DNA of 64,000 bases from Myxococcota bacterium (GCA_965223415.1 OZ245002.1:2016001-2080000), one strand, 5' to 3'; positions 28,774 to 39,624 are shown, numbered from the stretch's first letter. Made by a program: numbers and translations. The notes: generated by a model from the sequence alone, not told the origin.

Positions 28774-31311
28774 TCAGGCCTCCAGGAGCGCTCGCAATCG
28801 GACCAGGGGCCCGTCACCGGGCTCCCCCTGGGTGAGGTCGATTTCCCCCGTCAGGGCCCAGTCGCCCTCCCCGTCCGGGTCCAGGAGGGTCTGGTGGAAG
28901 GTCCAGCGGCGCGGCCCGGTGTCCCGCAGCACGGTGTGGTGGGCGCGGCGGGCCTCGGCGTCGAAGCGCACGGCCCGGTGGGCCGCGAGGAACGGGGCCA
29001 GGAGCTCGGCCAGACGCTCCGGGCTCCAGGGCTCGTCCGGCTCCGGGGCCACGCAGCGGGCCGCCTCCTCCAGGTCCCCGCCGGCCAGCGCACGCAGCAG
29101 GGCGTGCAGCTCCGCCCGCACCCGGGCCCGGAACGCCTTGGGAGTGAGGGTCGGGGCGCGGGGTGCCTCGGGGGCCGGGGCCTCCGGGCGCGCCGGCTCC
29201 CCCGGCCGCACCATTTGCTCCCACTCCCGGAGCAGGCTCGAGTCCACCTGCCGGATCAGGGTGCGCAGGTAGGCGAGGGCGTCGTGGAGCTCCTCGGTCT
29301 TGGCCGCGTCGGGGACCGTCTGGTTCAGGGTCGAGAGCACCTGGCCCAGGTGCCGGAGCAGCAGCCCTTCGACCCGCTGCAGCCCGTAACGCTTCACGGT
29401 GTCGTCGAAGGCGGCGTAGTGCAGGATCATCTCGCGGGCGACGGACTTCGGCTTGATCGCCTCGTGACTCGCCCACGGATGGTGGTCGGCGAAGACCCGG
29501 AACGTCTCCTCCAGGAAGTCCGCCAGCGGGCGCGGGTGGGTGACGCGCTCGAGCTTGGCCTGGCGCTCCTCGTAGGGAACGCGCTGGGCCTTGAGCTTCG
29601 CGTACAGCTCGTCCCGCGCCTTGCGGGCCTGGGCGCGCAGGATCGGCACCGGGTCCTCGAGCACCGCCTCCACCACCGACACCACGTCGAGGGCGTAGTC
29701 CGGCTGCTCCCGGTCGAGGGCGTCGAGGGCCTCGACCAGGTAGAGGGAGAGGGTCTGGTGGAGCGAGAAGTCGCGCTGCAGCTCCTCGTCGACGATCACC
29801 CGGTGGTCCTGCACGCGCAGGATCTCTGCGCGGCGCAGCGAGCGGAAGAGGGCGGCGGCCTCGCGGAGCAGGCGGTGCCTGCGCCGCGGCGTCTCGTGGC
29901 AGCGGGCCACGAGCTCGGCGAGGGCGCCGTAGCCGCCGCGGCGGCCCGTCTGCCCCGGCGCGCGTTGCAGCAGGCTGACGAGCATGCCGTGGGTGACGCG
30001 GAAGCGGCTCTGGAGGGTCTCCGGCGGGCGCTCCACGAGCTGACGGAAGGTCTCCGCGTTCCAGGGCACGAAGCCGCGGGGCGCGGGCTTCTTGCGGGCG
30101 GGCTTGCGCGATCGCCCCTTGCCCTTGGCGGCGGCCTGCTTGTTCTCGATGACGTGCTCGGGGGCCTGGCACTCCACCCAGCCCTCGTCGTCGAAGCCCT
30201 TGCGTCCCGCGCGCCCGGCGATCTGCTTGAAATCGCGCACCGAGAGGATGCGCACCTTCTCGCCGTCGAACTTGGCGAGCTTGGTGAACAGCACCGTGCG
30301 GATCGGGATGTTCACGCCCACGCCGAGGGTGTCGGTTCCGGAAATCACCTTCAGGAGGCCCTGCTGGGCAAGCTGCTCCATGAGCAGGCGATACTTCGGC
30401 AGCAGTCCGGCGTGGTGCACGCCGATGCCGTGGCCGACGATGCGCTTCACGTCGCGGCCGTAGGGTGTGTCGAAGCGGAAGTCCTGCACCGCCTCGGCGA
30501 TGGCGCGGCGCTCCTCCCGCCCGCTCACCTTCGCGCTCGTCAGCGCGCCGGCGACCTCTGCCGCTTCGCGTTGGGTGAAGCTCACGACGTAGATCGGCGC
30601 CCGGTCCGCCTCGAGCAGCTTCTCCACCGTCTCCTGGAGCGGCGTCTCCCGGTACTCGAAGGAGAGGGGGACGGGGCGCTCTTCCGAGTAGACCTCCGCC
30701 ACCTCGCGCCGGGTGTAGGCCGTGAGGCGCTCCGCGATCGACGCCACGTTGCCGAGGGTGGCGGACATCAGCAGGAAGGTCGTGCGCGGCAGCGTCAGCA
30801 GCGGGATCTGCCAGGCCTGGCCGCGATCGCGATCGGCGTAGTAGTGGAACTCGTCCATCACCACGTAGGGCGCGTCGGTGGCCTCGCCCTGGCGCAGCGC
30901 CATGTTGGCCAGCACCTCCTGGGTGCAACAGAGGATCGGCGCGGCCCAGTTGATGCTGGCGTCGCCGGTGAGCATGCCGACGTTCTCGGCGCCGAACACC
31001 GCACACAGGTCGAAGAACTTCTCGGAGACGAGCGCCTTGATCGGCGCCGTGTAGAAGGAGCGCTTGCCCTCGCACATGGCCTTGAAGTGCAGACCCTGGG
31101 CCACGAGGGACTTGCCCGAGCCGGTCGGCGTGGAGAGCACCACGTGGCGGCCCGCGGCGATCTCGAGCAGCGCCTCTTCCTGGTGGGTGTAGGGCTCGAT
31201 GCCCGACTCGCGCACCCAGCCGAGGAAGGCGTCGAGCACCGCGCCGGAATCGAGCAGCGAGGCATCGCCGAGCGGAACCCGGTCGATCAGCCGCGGTGCG
31301 TCCGCGCTCAC
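28774..31311 (-). CDS. Ski2-like DEAD/DEAH-box helicase (DUF3516-type)
   Basis: TPTGSGKS, APIKAL, DEFH, SAT, HHAGLLP, QIAGRAGR; GTG start at 31311. Confidence 0.9.
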   Translation of the reverse strand: MSADAPRLIDRVPLGDASLLDSGAVLDAFLGWVRESGIEPYTHQEEALLEIAAGRHVVLSTPTGSGKSLVAQGLHFKAMCEGKRSFYTAPIKALVSEKFFDLCAVFGAENVGMLTGDASINWAAPILCCTQEVLANMALRQGEATDAPYVVMDEFHYYADRDRGQAWQIPLLTLPRTTFLLMSATLGNVASIAERLTAYTRREVAEVYSEERPVPLSFEYRETPLQETVEKLLEADRAPIYVVSFTQREAAEVAGALTSAKVSGREERRAIAEAVQDFRFDTPYGRDVKRIVGHGIGVHHAGLLPKYRLLMEQLAQQGLLKVISGTDTLGVGVNIPIRTVLFTKLAKFDGEKVRILSVRDFKQIAGRAGRKGFDDEGWVECQAPEHVIENKQAAAKGKGRSRKPARKKPAPRGFVPWNAETFRQLVERPPETLQSRFRVTHGMLVSLLQRAPGQTGRRGGYGALAELVARCHETPRRRHRLLREAAALFRSLRRAEILRVQDHRVIVDEELQRDFSLHQTLSLYLVEALDALDREQPDYALDVVSVVEAVLEDPVPILRAQARKARDELYAKLKAQRVPYEERQAKLERVTHPRPLADFLEETFRVFADHHPWASHEAIKPKSVAREMILHYAAFDDTVKRYGLQRVEGLLLRHLGQVLSTLNQTVPDAAKTEELHDALAYLRTLIRQVDSSLLREWEQMVRPGEPARPEAPAPEAPRAPTLTPKAFRARVRAELHALLRALAGGDLEEAARCVAPEPDEPWSPERLAELLAPFLAAHRAVRFDAEARRAHHTVLRDTGPRRWTFHQTLLDPDGEGDWALTGEIDLTQGEPGDGPLVRLRALLEA

Positions 31312-32396
31312 CCTCGCTTGGCGGCGAAATCCCGCAGGAAGCTCGCCAGCACCTCGCAGCCCTCCTTGGGGAAGGCGTTGTAGATGCTGGCGCGCATGCC
31401 GCCCACCGAGCGGTGGCCCTTCAAGCCCGAGAGCCCGGCGGCTTCCGCCTCCTTCACGAAGGCGGCGTCCTGCTCCGGGCTGGGCGTGCGGAAGGTGACG
31501 TTCATCAGCGAGCGGCTGCCCTCGCCGGCGGTGCAGGCGTAGAAGGGCTCGGCCCCGAGGGCGTCGTAGAGGATCTGCGCCTTCTCGCGGTTGTGCCGGG
31601 CCATCCCTTCGAGGCCGCCCTTGCCCTCGATCCAGCGCAGCACGCGGCCCATTACGTAGATGCCGAAGGTGGGCGGCGTGTTGTAGAGGGAGCCCTGCTC
31701 GGCGTGGGTCGCATAGCGAAGCATGGTCGGGAGCTCGCGGACCGGCGCGTCCAGGAGATCGCGGCGCACGACGACGAGGGTGACGCCCGAGGGCCCCAGA
31801 TTTTTCTGGGCGCCGGCGTAGAGCACGCCGTAGCGGGTGACGTCGACCGGCCGCGAGAAGACGTCGCTCGACGCGTCGCAGGCGAGCCACGCCTCGCCCG
31901 GCGCGGCGGGCTCTTCCTGCCACTGGGTGCCGAAGATCGTGTTGTTCGACGTGAAGTGGACGTAGGACGGTGAGTCGGACCAGCGGATCTCGGCCGGGCG
32001 GGGGATGACCGCGAAGTCCCGGTCCTTCGTGCTCGCGGCCTCGTGCACGGTGCCGTAGCGGCGCGCTTCCTTGGCGGCCTTCTCGCTCCAGCTGCCCGTG
32101 ACGAGATAGTCGGCGGTCGCGTCGTCGGCGAGCCAGTGGGCCGGCAGCTGGAAGAACTGGGTGGAGGCGCCGCCCTGGAGGAAGAGCACCGCGTAGTCGT
32201 CGGGAATGCCTGCGAGCCGCCGGCACCCGGCCTCGGTCTCCTCCGCCACGGCGCTGAAGGCCTTGCCGCGATGGCTGTGCTCCATCACGCCGATGCCCGT
32301 GCCGTGCAGGTCCCAGAGGGCCTCCTGCGCGTCGCGCAGGACGTCCTCGGGCAGGGTGGCCGGGCCGGCGGAGAAGTTGAGGGTGCGGTCGCTCAT
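31308..32396 (-). CDS. serC: Phosphoserine aminotransferase
   Basis: NFSAGPA, LFLQGGAS, YAGAQKNLGPSG, NTPPTF, GHRSVGGMRASIYNA. Confidence 0.97.
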   Translation of the reverse strand: MSDRTLNFSAGPATLPEDVLRDAQEALWDLHGTGIGVMEHSHRGKAFSAVAEETEAGCRRLAGIPDDYAVLFLQGGASTQFFQLPAHWLADDATADYLVTGSWSEKAAKEARRYGTVHEAASTKDRDFAVIPRPAEIRWSDSPSYVHFTSNNTIFGTQWQEEPAAPGEAWLACDASSDVFSRPVDVTRYGVLYAGAQKNLGPSGVTLVVVRRDLLDAPVRELPTMLRYATHAEQGSLYNTPPTFGIYVMGRVLRWIEGKGGLEGMARHNREKAQILYDALGAEPFYACTAGEGSRSLMNVTFRTPSPEQDAAFVKEAEAAGLSGLKGHRSVGGMRASIYNAFPKEGCEVLASFLRDFAAKRG

Positions 32397-32479
32397 GGGG
32401 GCGGGGATCCTAGCCGGTCACCCTTATTTCAGCTGTCTGCGGTATTGCAGTTCTCTGCAATCCATGGTATCCAGGGGTC

Positions 32480-33052
32480 ATGAACCGCTTCGAGCAGCGC
32501 CGCCAGCGCAACCGCGCCGCCCTCCTGGAGGCCGCGATCGAGCTCTTCCAGGCCCAGGGCCTGCGGGCCACCAAGCTGGAGGACATCTGCGAGCGGGCGG
32601 ATGTCTCCCCGCGGACCTTCTTCAACCATTTCGAGACCCGCGAGCACCTCTACCGGGCCATCGCCCGGCAGCGGGCGGAGCAGCTGGCCCAGCTGTTCGA
32701 CGGGCGGGCCGAAGACGCGCGTCCCTGCGCCCAGCAGCTGCCCGAGCTCTTCGGCGCGATCGGCGCCTACCTCGGGGAGCGGCCGGCCTGGCGGGAGATG
32801 GTCGCCGAGATGCTCTCGCAGCGCTTCGAGGACGGCGGCGAGACGGCCCGGATCGGCCAGGCGCTGCAGCGCTTCGTCGAGCGGGGCATCGCCCGCGGCG
32901 ACGTGGCCGACCGGCACTCCCCCGAGCTCCTCGCCGAGCTGCTGCTCGGTGCCCTGATCCACGCGCTCGGCCGCTGGTGCGCGAACGAAGACCACGACCT
33001 GGAGGAAGACCTCGGGCGGGCGGCCTGCGCCCTGCTCGAGCTCTTCGCCTGA
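32480..33052 (+). CDS. TetR/AcrR-family regulator
   Basis: N-terminal HTH ICERADVSPRTFFNHF. Confidence 0.9.
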   Translation: MNRFEQRRQRNRAALLEAAIELFQAQGLRATKLEDICERADVSPRTFFNHFETREHLYRAIARQRAEQLAQLFDGRAEDARPCAQQLPELFGAIGAYLGERPAWREMVAEMLSQRFEDGGETARIGQALQRFVERGIARGDVADRHSPELLAELLLGALIHALGRWCANEDHDLEEDLGRAACALLELFA

Positions 33053-33065
33053 TGGAGGACTCCCC

Positions 33066-34487
33066 ATGACCGAGAAGACCCTCGACACCTTCATGAACGA
33101 TCCGATCGGGTACTTCGATCAGTCGATCACCCGGATGCACATGATCCCGCGCGACGAGCTGGAAGGCCTCCAGCGCGAGGCGATGCGCCGGCGCTTCGCC
33201 GAGCACCGCGAGAGCATCGAGATCGTCCGCAACCTGGCGGACCGCCTCGAGATCAAGGAGGTGCGCGAGTTCGACGACATGGCGCCGCTCTTCTTCGCGC
33301 ACACCGCGTTCAAGTCCTATCCGTCGTCGCTGCTCGACAAGAAGCGCTTTGACCTGATGACGGGCTGGCTGCAGAAGCAGACCAGCAAGGACCTCTCCGG
33401 CGTCGACTGCGAGGGCTGCGAAGGCATCGACGACTGGATCGACCGGCTCGACGAAGGCTCCGAGCTGCGGGTGATCACCTCGTCGGGAACGACCGGCACG
33501 ATCAGCATCATCCCCAAGGACGCGGCCGGCGGCTTCTACACCATGCGGCTCTGGCGCCTCTTCCTCTTCCAGCGCTTCGGCGAGGAGCCGAAGCCCGACG
33601 AGATCGACCCGGTGGTCGACGTGATCTGGCCCAACTACGCGAAGGGCAAGCTCGGCCACCTGCGCATGGTGGAGCTGATGAAGCGCGAGTTCACCGGCGA
33701 CGACGAGAGCCGCTTCCACCCGCTCTATCCCGACGCGATCAGCTCGGACCTGATGTTCCTGGCGAGCAAGCTCCGCGCGGCCGCCTCCCGTGGCGAGCTC
33801 GACCGGGTCGAGATCGATCCGAAGCTCGTGGCGCGCAAGACCGAGTTCGAGGCGATGGAGGCGCGGCGCGGCCAGGACATGAACGACTTCTTCGCCCGCA
33901 TGACCTCACAGCTCGCCGGCAAGCGGGTGTTCATGACCGGCACCTACGCGCTCATGTACGAGCTGGCCAAGGGCGCCCTCGAGCGCGGCGTGAAGAACGT
34001 CTTCGCGAAGAACTCGGCGATCCTGACCGGCGGCGGCCTGAAGGGCATGGTCCTGCCCGACGACTACATGGAGGTGATCAAGGACTTCCTGGGCGTCGAC
34101 CGCATCCAGGAGGGCTACGGCATGTCCGAGATCAGCGCGCTGCACTGGGCCTGCGACGAGGGCCGCTACCACGTCCAGCCCTGGGTCATCCCCTACGTGC
34201 TCGACCCGGACACCAGCGAGCCCCTGCCGCGGGAAGGTGTGCAGACCGGACGCGCCGCCTTCTACGACTTCCTCAACCAGAGCCACTGGGGCGGCATCAT
34301 CTCCGGCGACGAGATCACCGTCGATTGGAGCACGCCCTGCCCGTGTGGCCTGGCGAGCGTGCCGATCGCCCACGACATCATGCGCTACAGCGAGAAGCAG
34401 GGCGTGGAGGACGATCGCATCACCTGCAACGCCACCCAGGACGTGCACGACGAGGCGGTGAACTTCCTCAAGGAGATCGAGGCATGA
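33066..34487 (+). CDS. LuxE-like acyl-protein synthetase (adenylate-forming)
   Basis: TSSGTTG, LTGGGLKG, YGMSE, VLDPDTSEPLP; upstream of LuxC-like gene. Confidence 0.7.
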   Translation: MTEKTLDTFMNDPIGYFDQSITRMHMIPRDELEGLQREAMRRRFAEHRESIEIVRNLADRLEIKEVREFDDMAPLFFAHTAFKSYPSSLLDKKRFDLMTGWLQKQTSKDLSGVDCEGCEGIDDWIDRLDEGSELRVITSSGTTGTISIIPKDAAGGFYTMRLWRLFLFQRFGEEPKPDEIDPVVDVIWPNYAKGKLGHLRMVELMKREFTGDDESRFHPLYPDAISSDLMFLASKLRAAASRGELDRVEIDPKLVARKTEFEAMEARRGQDMNDFFARMTSQLAGKRVFMTGTYALMYELAKGALERGVKNVFAKNSAILTGGGLKGMVLPDDYMEVIKDFLGVDRIQEGYGMSEISALHWACDEGRYHVQPWVIPYVLDPDTSEPLPREGVQTGRAAFYDFLNQSHWGGIISGDEITVDWSTPCPCGLASVPIAHDIMRYSEKQGVEDDRITCNATQDVHDEAVNFLKEIEA

Positions 34488-35944
34488 GCGACTTCCGGGT
34501 TCCGCTCTTCCTGCGCGGCGAGGTGATCGAGGAGAGTTGGGTCTCCTTCGGGGGGCGCTACGGAGGTGCCTCCTTCGAGGCGCCGGACCCGGCCGCCCAT
34601 GCGGATCGCCTTCCGCTCGGCAGCCCCCTCGACCTGGCCGACCTGTACGAGATCTCCTTCGACGAGATCCTGGACGTGCTCGAGGAGCTGGGCCGCGCCC
34701 TCGACTTCGAGAAGAACGCGCACGTCCGGAAGGCCTACGAAGCGGGGCTCGTGGCCGCGAACTACCCGGCCTCGATCCTGAAGAACAGCTACACCACCCT
34801 GCCCTACGCCTTCGATCGCGAAGCGATCCGCGAGCTGGCCGAGACGCGCATTGGCATCGACCACCTGGAGGGCTGGGTGCCGCGCACGCTTCGGGACGGC
34901 CGGGAGATCCGCGTGCGCGCCTTCGGGGCGCGGGCGCTGCACATCCCGGCGGGCAACGGTGGGCTCGTCTCCGCGATCACGATCATCCGCAATGCGATCA
35001 CCCGCAGCGACGCCATCGTGAAGGTGCCGTCGAACGATCCGCTCACGGCCGTGGCCATTGCCCGCACCCTGGCCGACGTCGCGCCGAACCACCCGCTGAC
35101 GAAGCACCTGGCCGTCGCCTACTGGAAGGGCGGCGACACGGCCGTGGAGGAGAAGCTCTTCCGCCCCGAGCACGTCGAGAAGGTGGTGGCGTGGGGTGGC
35201 TTCCGCTCGGTCAAGCACGTGACCCGCTACATCCAGCCTGGCCTCGAGATGATCGCCCTCGATCCCAAGCGGAGCGCCACGATCATCGGGCCCGAAGCCT
35301 TCGAGAGCGACGCCAACCTTGACGAGGTGGCCGCACGAGCGGCCTGCGACATTGGCATGGCGAACCAGGAGGCCTGCGCGAGCGCGCGGGTGGTCTACGT
35401 GCTGTGCGGGAGCGACGCCCAGGGCATCGAGGCCGCCAACCGGCTCGGCGAGCGCATCTACGCGAAGCTCCTCGAGCTGCCCGAGCACATCAGCACGAAG
35501 CCCCGCAGCTTCGACCGGGAGCTGCGCGATCACCTGGAGGCGTCGCGCATGACCGGGGACTGGTACCGGGTGATCGGCGGCGAGGAGAACGAAGGCGCGA
35601 TCATCGTGTCCCAGATGGACGAGGCGGTGGACTACGCGCCCCTGCTCTCGGGCCGCGTCGCCAACCTCGTGCCCGTGGACGACGTGAAGAAGGTGACCGA
35701 CGCGGTGAACGCCTACACCCAGACCGTGGGCATCTATCCCGAGCGCCTGAAGCGCGAGCTGCGCGACCAGCTGCCGCTGTTCGGCGCCCAGCGCCTCACC
35801 TCCCTGGGGTACGCCTGCCACGTGACGACCGCCATGCCCCAGGACGCCATCGAGCCCCTGCGCCGCATGTGCAAGTGGATCGTGGACGAGGAGTGCGATC
35901 CGGAGAAGGTGTTCCCGATGTGGAAGGCGCCGGCGAGCGCCTAG
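34484..35944 (+). CDS. LuxC-like acyl-CoA reductase
   Basis: HIPAGN, KVPSNDP, VAYWKGG, VAWGG, NQEACASAR catalytic Cys, QTVGIYP. Confidence 0.85.
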   Translation: MSDFRVPLFLRGEVIEESWVSFGGRYGGASFEAPDPAAHADRLPLGSPLDLADLYEISFDEILDVLEELGRALDFEKNAHVRKAYEAGLVAANYPASILKNSYTTLPYAFDREAIRELAETRIGIDHLEGWVPRTLRDGREIRVRAFGARALHIPAGNGGLVSAITIIRNAITRSDAIVKVPSNDPLTAVAIARTLADVAPNHPLTKHLAVAYWKGGDTAVEEKLFRPEHVEKVVAWGGFRSVKHVTRYIQPGLEMIALDPKRSATIIGPEAFESDANLDEVAARAACDIGMANQEACASARVVYVLCGSDAQGIEAANRLGERIYAKLLELPEHISTKPRSFDRELRDHLEASRMTGDWYRVIGGEENEGAIIVSQMDEAVDYAPLLSGRVANLVPVDDVKKVTDAVNAYTQTVGIYPERLKRELRDQLPLFGAQRLTSLGYACHVTTAMPQDAIEPLRRMCKWIVDEECDPEKVFPMWKAPASA

Positions 35945-38895
35945 GTTTCTGCGGGCGGGAGCACCCGGTCGTACACCTCGCGGATCGCGTCGGTGTGGCG
36001 AGCGTAGTCGTCGAGGAGCGGGAGGCGCGCGGTGCCGCTGCGTTCGGAGACGGCGTAGCCCAGGGAGCGGGCCACCGAATCGAGATCGGCGCGGTCGCGC
36101 TCGAGATCGGCGATCGAGCGGTTCTCGACCACGCGCAGGCGGCTCGAGAGGCGCTGGAGGAATGCCCAGCCCTCGGCGAGGACGCGGGCGTCCTCCTCGG
36201 GGAGGAGACCCTTCGCGGCGAGATCGGCGAGGGTCTGCTCGGTGCGCCGCGGGGCGAGGAGCTCCGGGTGCTCGGCACCGTGCCGCAGCTGCAGCCACTG
36301 GCAGGTGCTCTCCACGTCGAGGAGGCCGCCGCGGCCGGTCTTCAGGTTGCGGCGGCCCTCGGTCTCCTGGGCGAGCTCCTGCTGGATGCGGCCGCGGATG
36401 CGCCGGATCTCGGCGCCGGCGCCTTCCGGGAGCGGCGCCGAGAGGAACGCGCGGCGCAGGGCCTCGAAGCGCTCGGCCAGGGCGTCGCTGCCCACGACCG
36501 GGCGCGCGCGCAGCAGCGCCTGCCGCTCCCAGATGGCGGCGACGTCGGTGCCGGTCTCGCCGCGGTGATAGCGCTCGAAGGACGCCAGGGAGGTGACGAG
36601 CATGCCCTGGTTGCCGGAGGGGCGGAGCCGCGCGTCCACCTCGTAGCAGACGCCCTGGGCGGTGCGGGTCTGGAGCGCCCAGCCGAGCTTCTGGGCGAGG
36701 CGCACGTAGGCCTCCTGGGCCTCCATCACGCGCAGCGGATCGCCTCCGGGCAGGTCGTAGAGGAAGATGACGTCGAGGTCGCTGCCGTAGCCGAGCTCGC
36801 GGCTGCCGAGCTTGCCCATGCCGACGACGAGGAACTCTCCCTCTTCGACCCAGGCCGCGCTCTTCGGCGTGCGGGCGAGCTGGGCGTGGGCGACGCGCAG
36901 GGCGTCCTCGAGGCAGACCTCGGCCAGGTCGCTGAGCGCAGTCTCGACCTGGGCCGCGTCGACGACGCCCGACAGGTCGAGGAGCCCGATGTTCACCAGC
37001 TCGCGCTGCTGGAAGAGGCGCAGGGCGGCCAGGTCGGTCTCCTCGTCGGCGCCACCGCGACGCTCGCCCTCCTGGCGGCCCAGGAGCGCCAGGCCTTCAC
37101 GCAGCTCGTCCTTGCCGAGCAGGAGCTTCTTCGGATCGTCGAAGAGCGGCTCGATCAGCTCGGGCAGGCTGGCGACGACGCTCGAGAGGGTGCGCGACGC
37201 GGCGAAGAGCGAGACCAGGCGCGCGATCAGCTCCGGGCGGTCCGCCAGGAGGCCGTAGTAGAAGGTGCGCGCGCCTACGCCCTCGGCGAAGCGCTCCAGG
37301 TTGGCCATGGCGCGTTCCGGATCGGCGCTGCGGTCGACCTCAGTGGCGAAGCGCTGGGCCAGCGCCTCGAGGAGCTGGCGGTTCTCGGGGCCGACGGCGA
37401 TGCGCGGCGCCGCGCGGGCGAAGAGGTCGAGCACGCGGCCGGCGCCGCTCTCGCGGAACAGTGCCTCGAAGTGCTTGCGCACCTTGCCGGTGTGGAGGGC
37501 CAGGGCTTCGTCGAGGCGGGCGCAGGCGTCGTCGCCCGGGAAGAGGGTGCGCGCCAGGCGCTCCCGGGCGGGCCCCGGAGGCGGCAGGCGATGGGTCTGG
37601 CGCTCCCCTTCCATCTGGATCCGGTTCTCGACGCGGCGCAGGAAGCGGTAGGCCGCGAGCAGCTCGTCGCGGGCCTTCGGCGGAAGCGCGCCGACGTCGG
37701 CCAGCGCGTCCAGGGCGCGCGGCGCCGAGCGGCCGCGCACCTGGGGGATGCGACCGCCGTGCAGGAGCTGGAGCGCCTGGGCCACGAACTCCACGTCTCG
37801 GATGCCGCCGGTGCCGATCTTCACGTGGAAGCGCTCCGGGTCGCCGGCGTGGGCATCCTCGATCTTGGCCTTCATCTCGCGGATGGCGTCGACGGTCTTC
37901 AGGTCGACGGAGGACTGGTAGATCATCGGGTCGATGGCGCGGGCCAGCTGCCAGCCCAGCTCGACATCCCCGGCGACCGGACGCGCCTTCATGAAGGCGG
38001 CCTTCTCCCAGGTGGCAGCCCAGCCGTCGTAGTAGTCGGCGAGTGCGTTGGAGGAGGAGACGATGGCGCCCTGGCCGCCCTCGGGACGGAGGTCGAGATC
38101 GATGCGCTCGAGGAACCCCTCCGGCGTCGGCCCGACCAGTTTGCCGAAGCGGACAGCGAGGCGCGTGAAGTACTCGAGGGGGGAGAGGTCGTCGGGGCCG
38201 CCGGCGAGGGGCTCGCTACCGGGCGGTGGGCTCTCGTAGACGTAGACCAGGTCGACGTCGCTCGAGTAGTTGAGCTCCTCGCCGCCGAGCTTGCCGAGGC
38301 CGAGCACGACGAAGCGCAGGGGGTGCTCGGTGCCGTCGGCGCCGCGCCAGACCGGCGGGCCGAGCCCGGCTTCGAGCTCCGCGGCCACGTGGCGGAGCGC
38401 GGCCGCCAGCAGCACCTCGGCGAGGGAGGAGAGCTCGGCCAGGGTCTCGCCGACCTGCTCGACGGGGACGAGGCTCCCGTCCGCCTCCCGGGCGCTGATG
38501 CGCAGGAGCTCGTCGTACTTGAAGCGGCGCAGCTCGTCGGCGACGCCGGCGGGTGTGGCCTCGGCGAGGCGGGCGCCGAGGCGCGTCGCGAGCTCGTCGC
38601 GGGTGGCGGGCCGGGCGAGGTCGTCGGCGGCGAGGGCCAGCAGGCACGCGGGCCTCGTGCGCAGGGTCGCGGCGAGAAAGGGAGCGGTGCCGCAGCAGCC
38701 CGCGAGGACGCGGCGGAGGTTCTCCGGGTGGGCGCCCACGGCGCGAGCCAGGGCCTCGGCGTCGTGGGCCGCCGCGGCCTCGAGCACGTCGGTCGCCCGG
38801 CGCAGAGTGGCCTCGGGCTCCGGGCCCGGGGCCAGGGCGGCTTCCAGGCCGAGCATTTCGAGGGCGCGGGCAGCAGCGTCGGCCGAGGTCGTCAC
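35941..38895 (-). CDS. glnE: Glutamine synthetase adenylyltransferase GlnE
   Basis: Two GKLG..EL.Y.SD.D nucleotidyltransferase motifs, DLDLRPEG / DARLRPSG. Confidence 0.95.
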   Translation of the reverse strand: MTTSADAAARALEMLGLEAALAPGPEPEATLRRATDVLEAAAAHDAEALARAVGAHPENLRRVLAGCCGTAPFLAATLRTRPACLLALAADDLARPATRDELATRLGARLAEATPAGVADELRRFKYDELLRISAREADGSLVPVEQVGETLAELSSLAEVLLAAALRHVAAELEAGLGPPVWRGADGTEHPLRFVVLGLGKLGGEELNYSSDVDLVYVYESPPPGSEPLAGGPDDLSPLEYFTRLAVRFGKLVGPTPEGFLERIDLDLRPEGGQGAIVSSSNALADYYDGWAATWEKAAFMKARPVAGDVELGWQLARAIDPMIYQSSVDLKTVDAIREMKAKIEDAHAGDPERFHVKIGTGGIRDVEFVAQALQLLHGGRIPQVRGRSAPRALDALADVGALPPKARDELLAAYRFLRRVENRIQMEGERQTHRLPPPGPARERLARTLFPGDDACARLDEALALHTGKVRKHFEALFRESGAGRVLDLFARAAPRIAVGPENRQLLEALAQRFATEVDRSADPERAMANLERFAEGVGARTFYYGLLADRPELIARLVSLFAASRTLSSVVASLPELIEPLFDDPKKLLLGKDELREGLALLGRQEGERRGGADEETDLAALRLFQQRELVNIGLLDLSGVVDAAQVETALSDLAEVCLEDALRVAHAQLARTPKSAAWVEEGEFLVVGMGKLGSRELGYGSDLDVIFLYDLPGGDPLRVMEAQEAYVRLAQKLGWALQTRTAQGVCYEVDARLRPSGNQGMLVTSLASFERYHRGETGTDVAAIWERQALLRARPVVGSDALAERFEALRRAFLSAPLPEGAGAEIRRIRGRIQQELAQETEGRRNLKTGRGGLLDVESTCQWLQLRHGAEHPELLAPRRTEQTLADLAAKGLLPEEDARVLAEGWAFLQRLSSRLRVVENRSIADLERDRADLDSVARSLGYAVSERSGTARLPLLDDYARHTDAIREVYDRVLPPAET

Positions 38896-38921
38896 GGCGG
38901 GAATATGTAGGATGGCGCTGC

Positions 38922-39296
38922 ATGAGCAACGGGACCGAAGTGTTGGAGCGGGTCGCCCAGGCCGGCGGGCGCCTGCTGCGGGTCGAGCGGGAGCCCGCGC
39001 CCGGGCCGGGCGGCGCGCTGCGCTCGCGGCGGCTGCGGCTCACCTTCGACGTGGGCGCGGTGGAGCTGCGGGCGGCGCCGGAGGGGCTCGCCGCGGGGGA
39101 TGGCGGGGATCGGCCGGGCCTGCTTGGCGCAGACGAGGACGAGCCCTGGTGGACGGTGATCGGCAATCCCCTCACCCGGGTCGCGCCCCACGAGGAGCGA
39201 GGCTGTCTGGTGCAGTTCCGGCAGGACGAGGCCTCGCCGAAGCTGATGATCCTGGTGCCGGACGGGGATACGGTGGAGGTTCGCGTGGTGATCTGA
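38922..39296 (+). CDS. Hypothetical protein
   Basis: ORF with host-like codon usage, divergent from glnE. Confidence 0.55.
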   Translation: MSNGTEVLERVAQAGGRLLRVEREPAPGPGGALRSRRLRLTFDVGAVELRAAPEGLAAGDGGDRPGLLGADEDEPWWTVIGNPLTRVAPHEERGCLVQFRQDEASPKLMILVPDGDTVEVRVVI

Positions 39297-39372
39297 GGGG
39301 TTGCGAGCTGAGTTGCGCATCCCGGACGGGTGCCCCGTGACACCCGGTGGCCCGAGCGGGCCACTCCCTCGT

Positions 39373-39624
39373 ATGGCCAGGAAGCATCGCGTCCTTCGTA
39401 AGGGTCCCCGGACCGTCCTCCCCAGCTCGTTTCTGATCAAGGCGCTGGCCGTCCAGGGCCGCCGCTACGAGTGCGACAACTGCGGCGACACCATGTTCGT
39501 CCGCTACGAGTCGGGCCTCTGCCCCCTCTGCTACAACGGTCGCCGCAGCCCCGGGGACCTTCCCCTCCGCGCCCTCCCCGAGCACCTCGCCCTCGCCGGC
39601 CTCCCCGACGACCTCGAGCGTTAA
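39373..39624 (+). CDS. Small putative zinc-binding protein
   Basis: CDNC..CPLC. Confidence 0.55.
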   Translation: MARKHRVLRKGPRTVLPSSFLIKALAVQGRRYECDNCGDTMFVRYESGLCPLCYNGRRSPGDLPLRALPEHLALAGLPDDLER

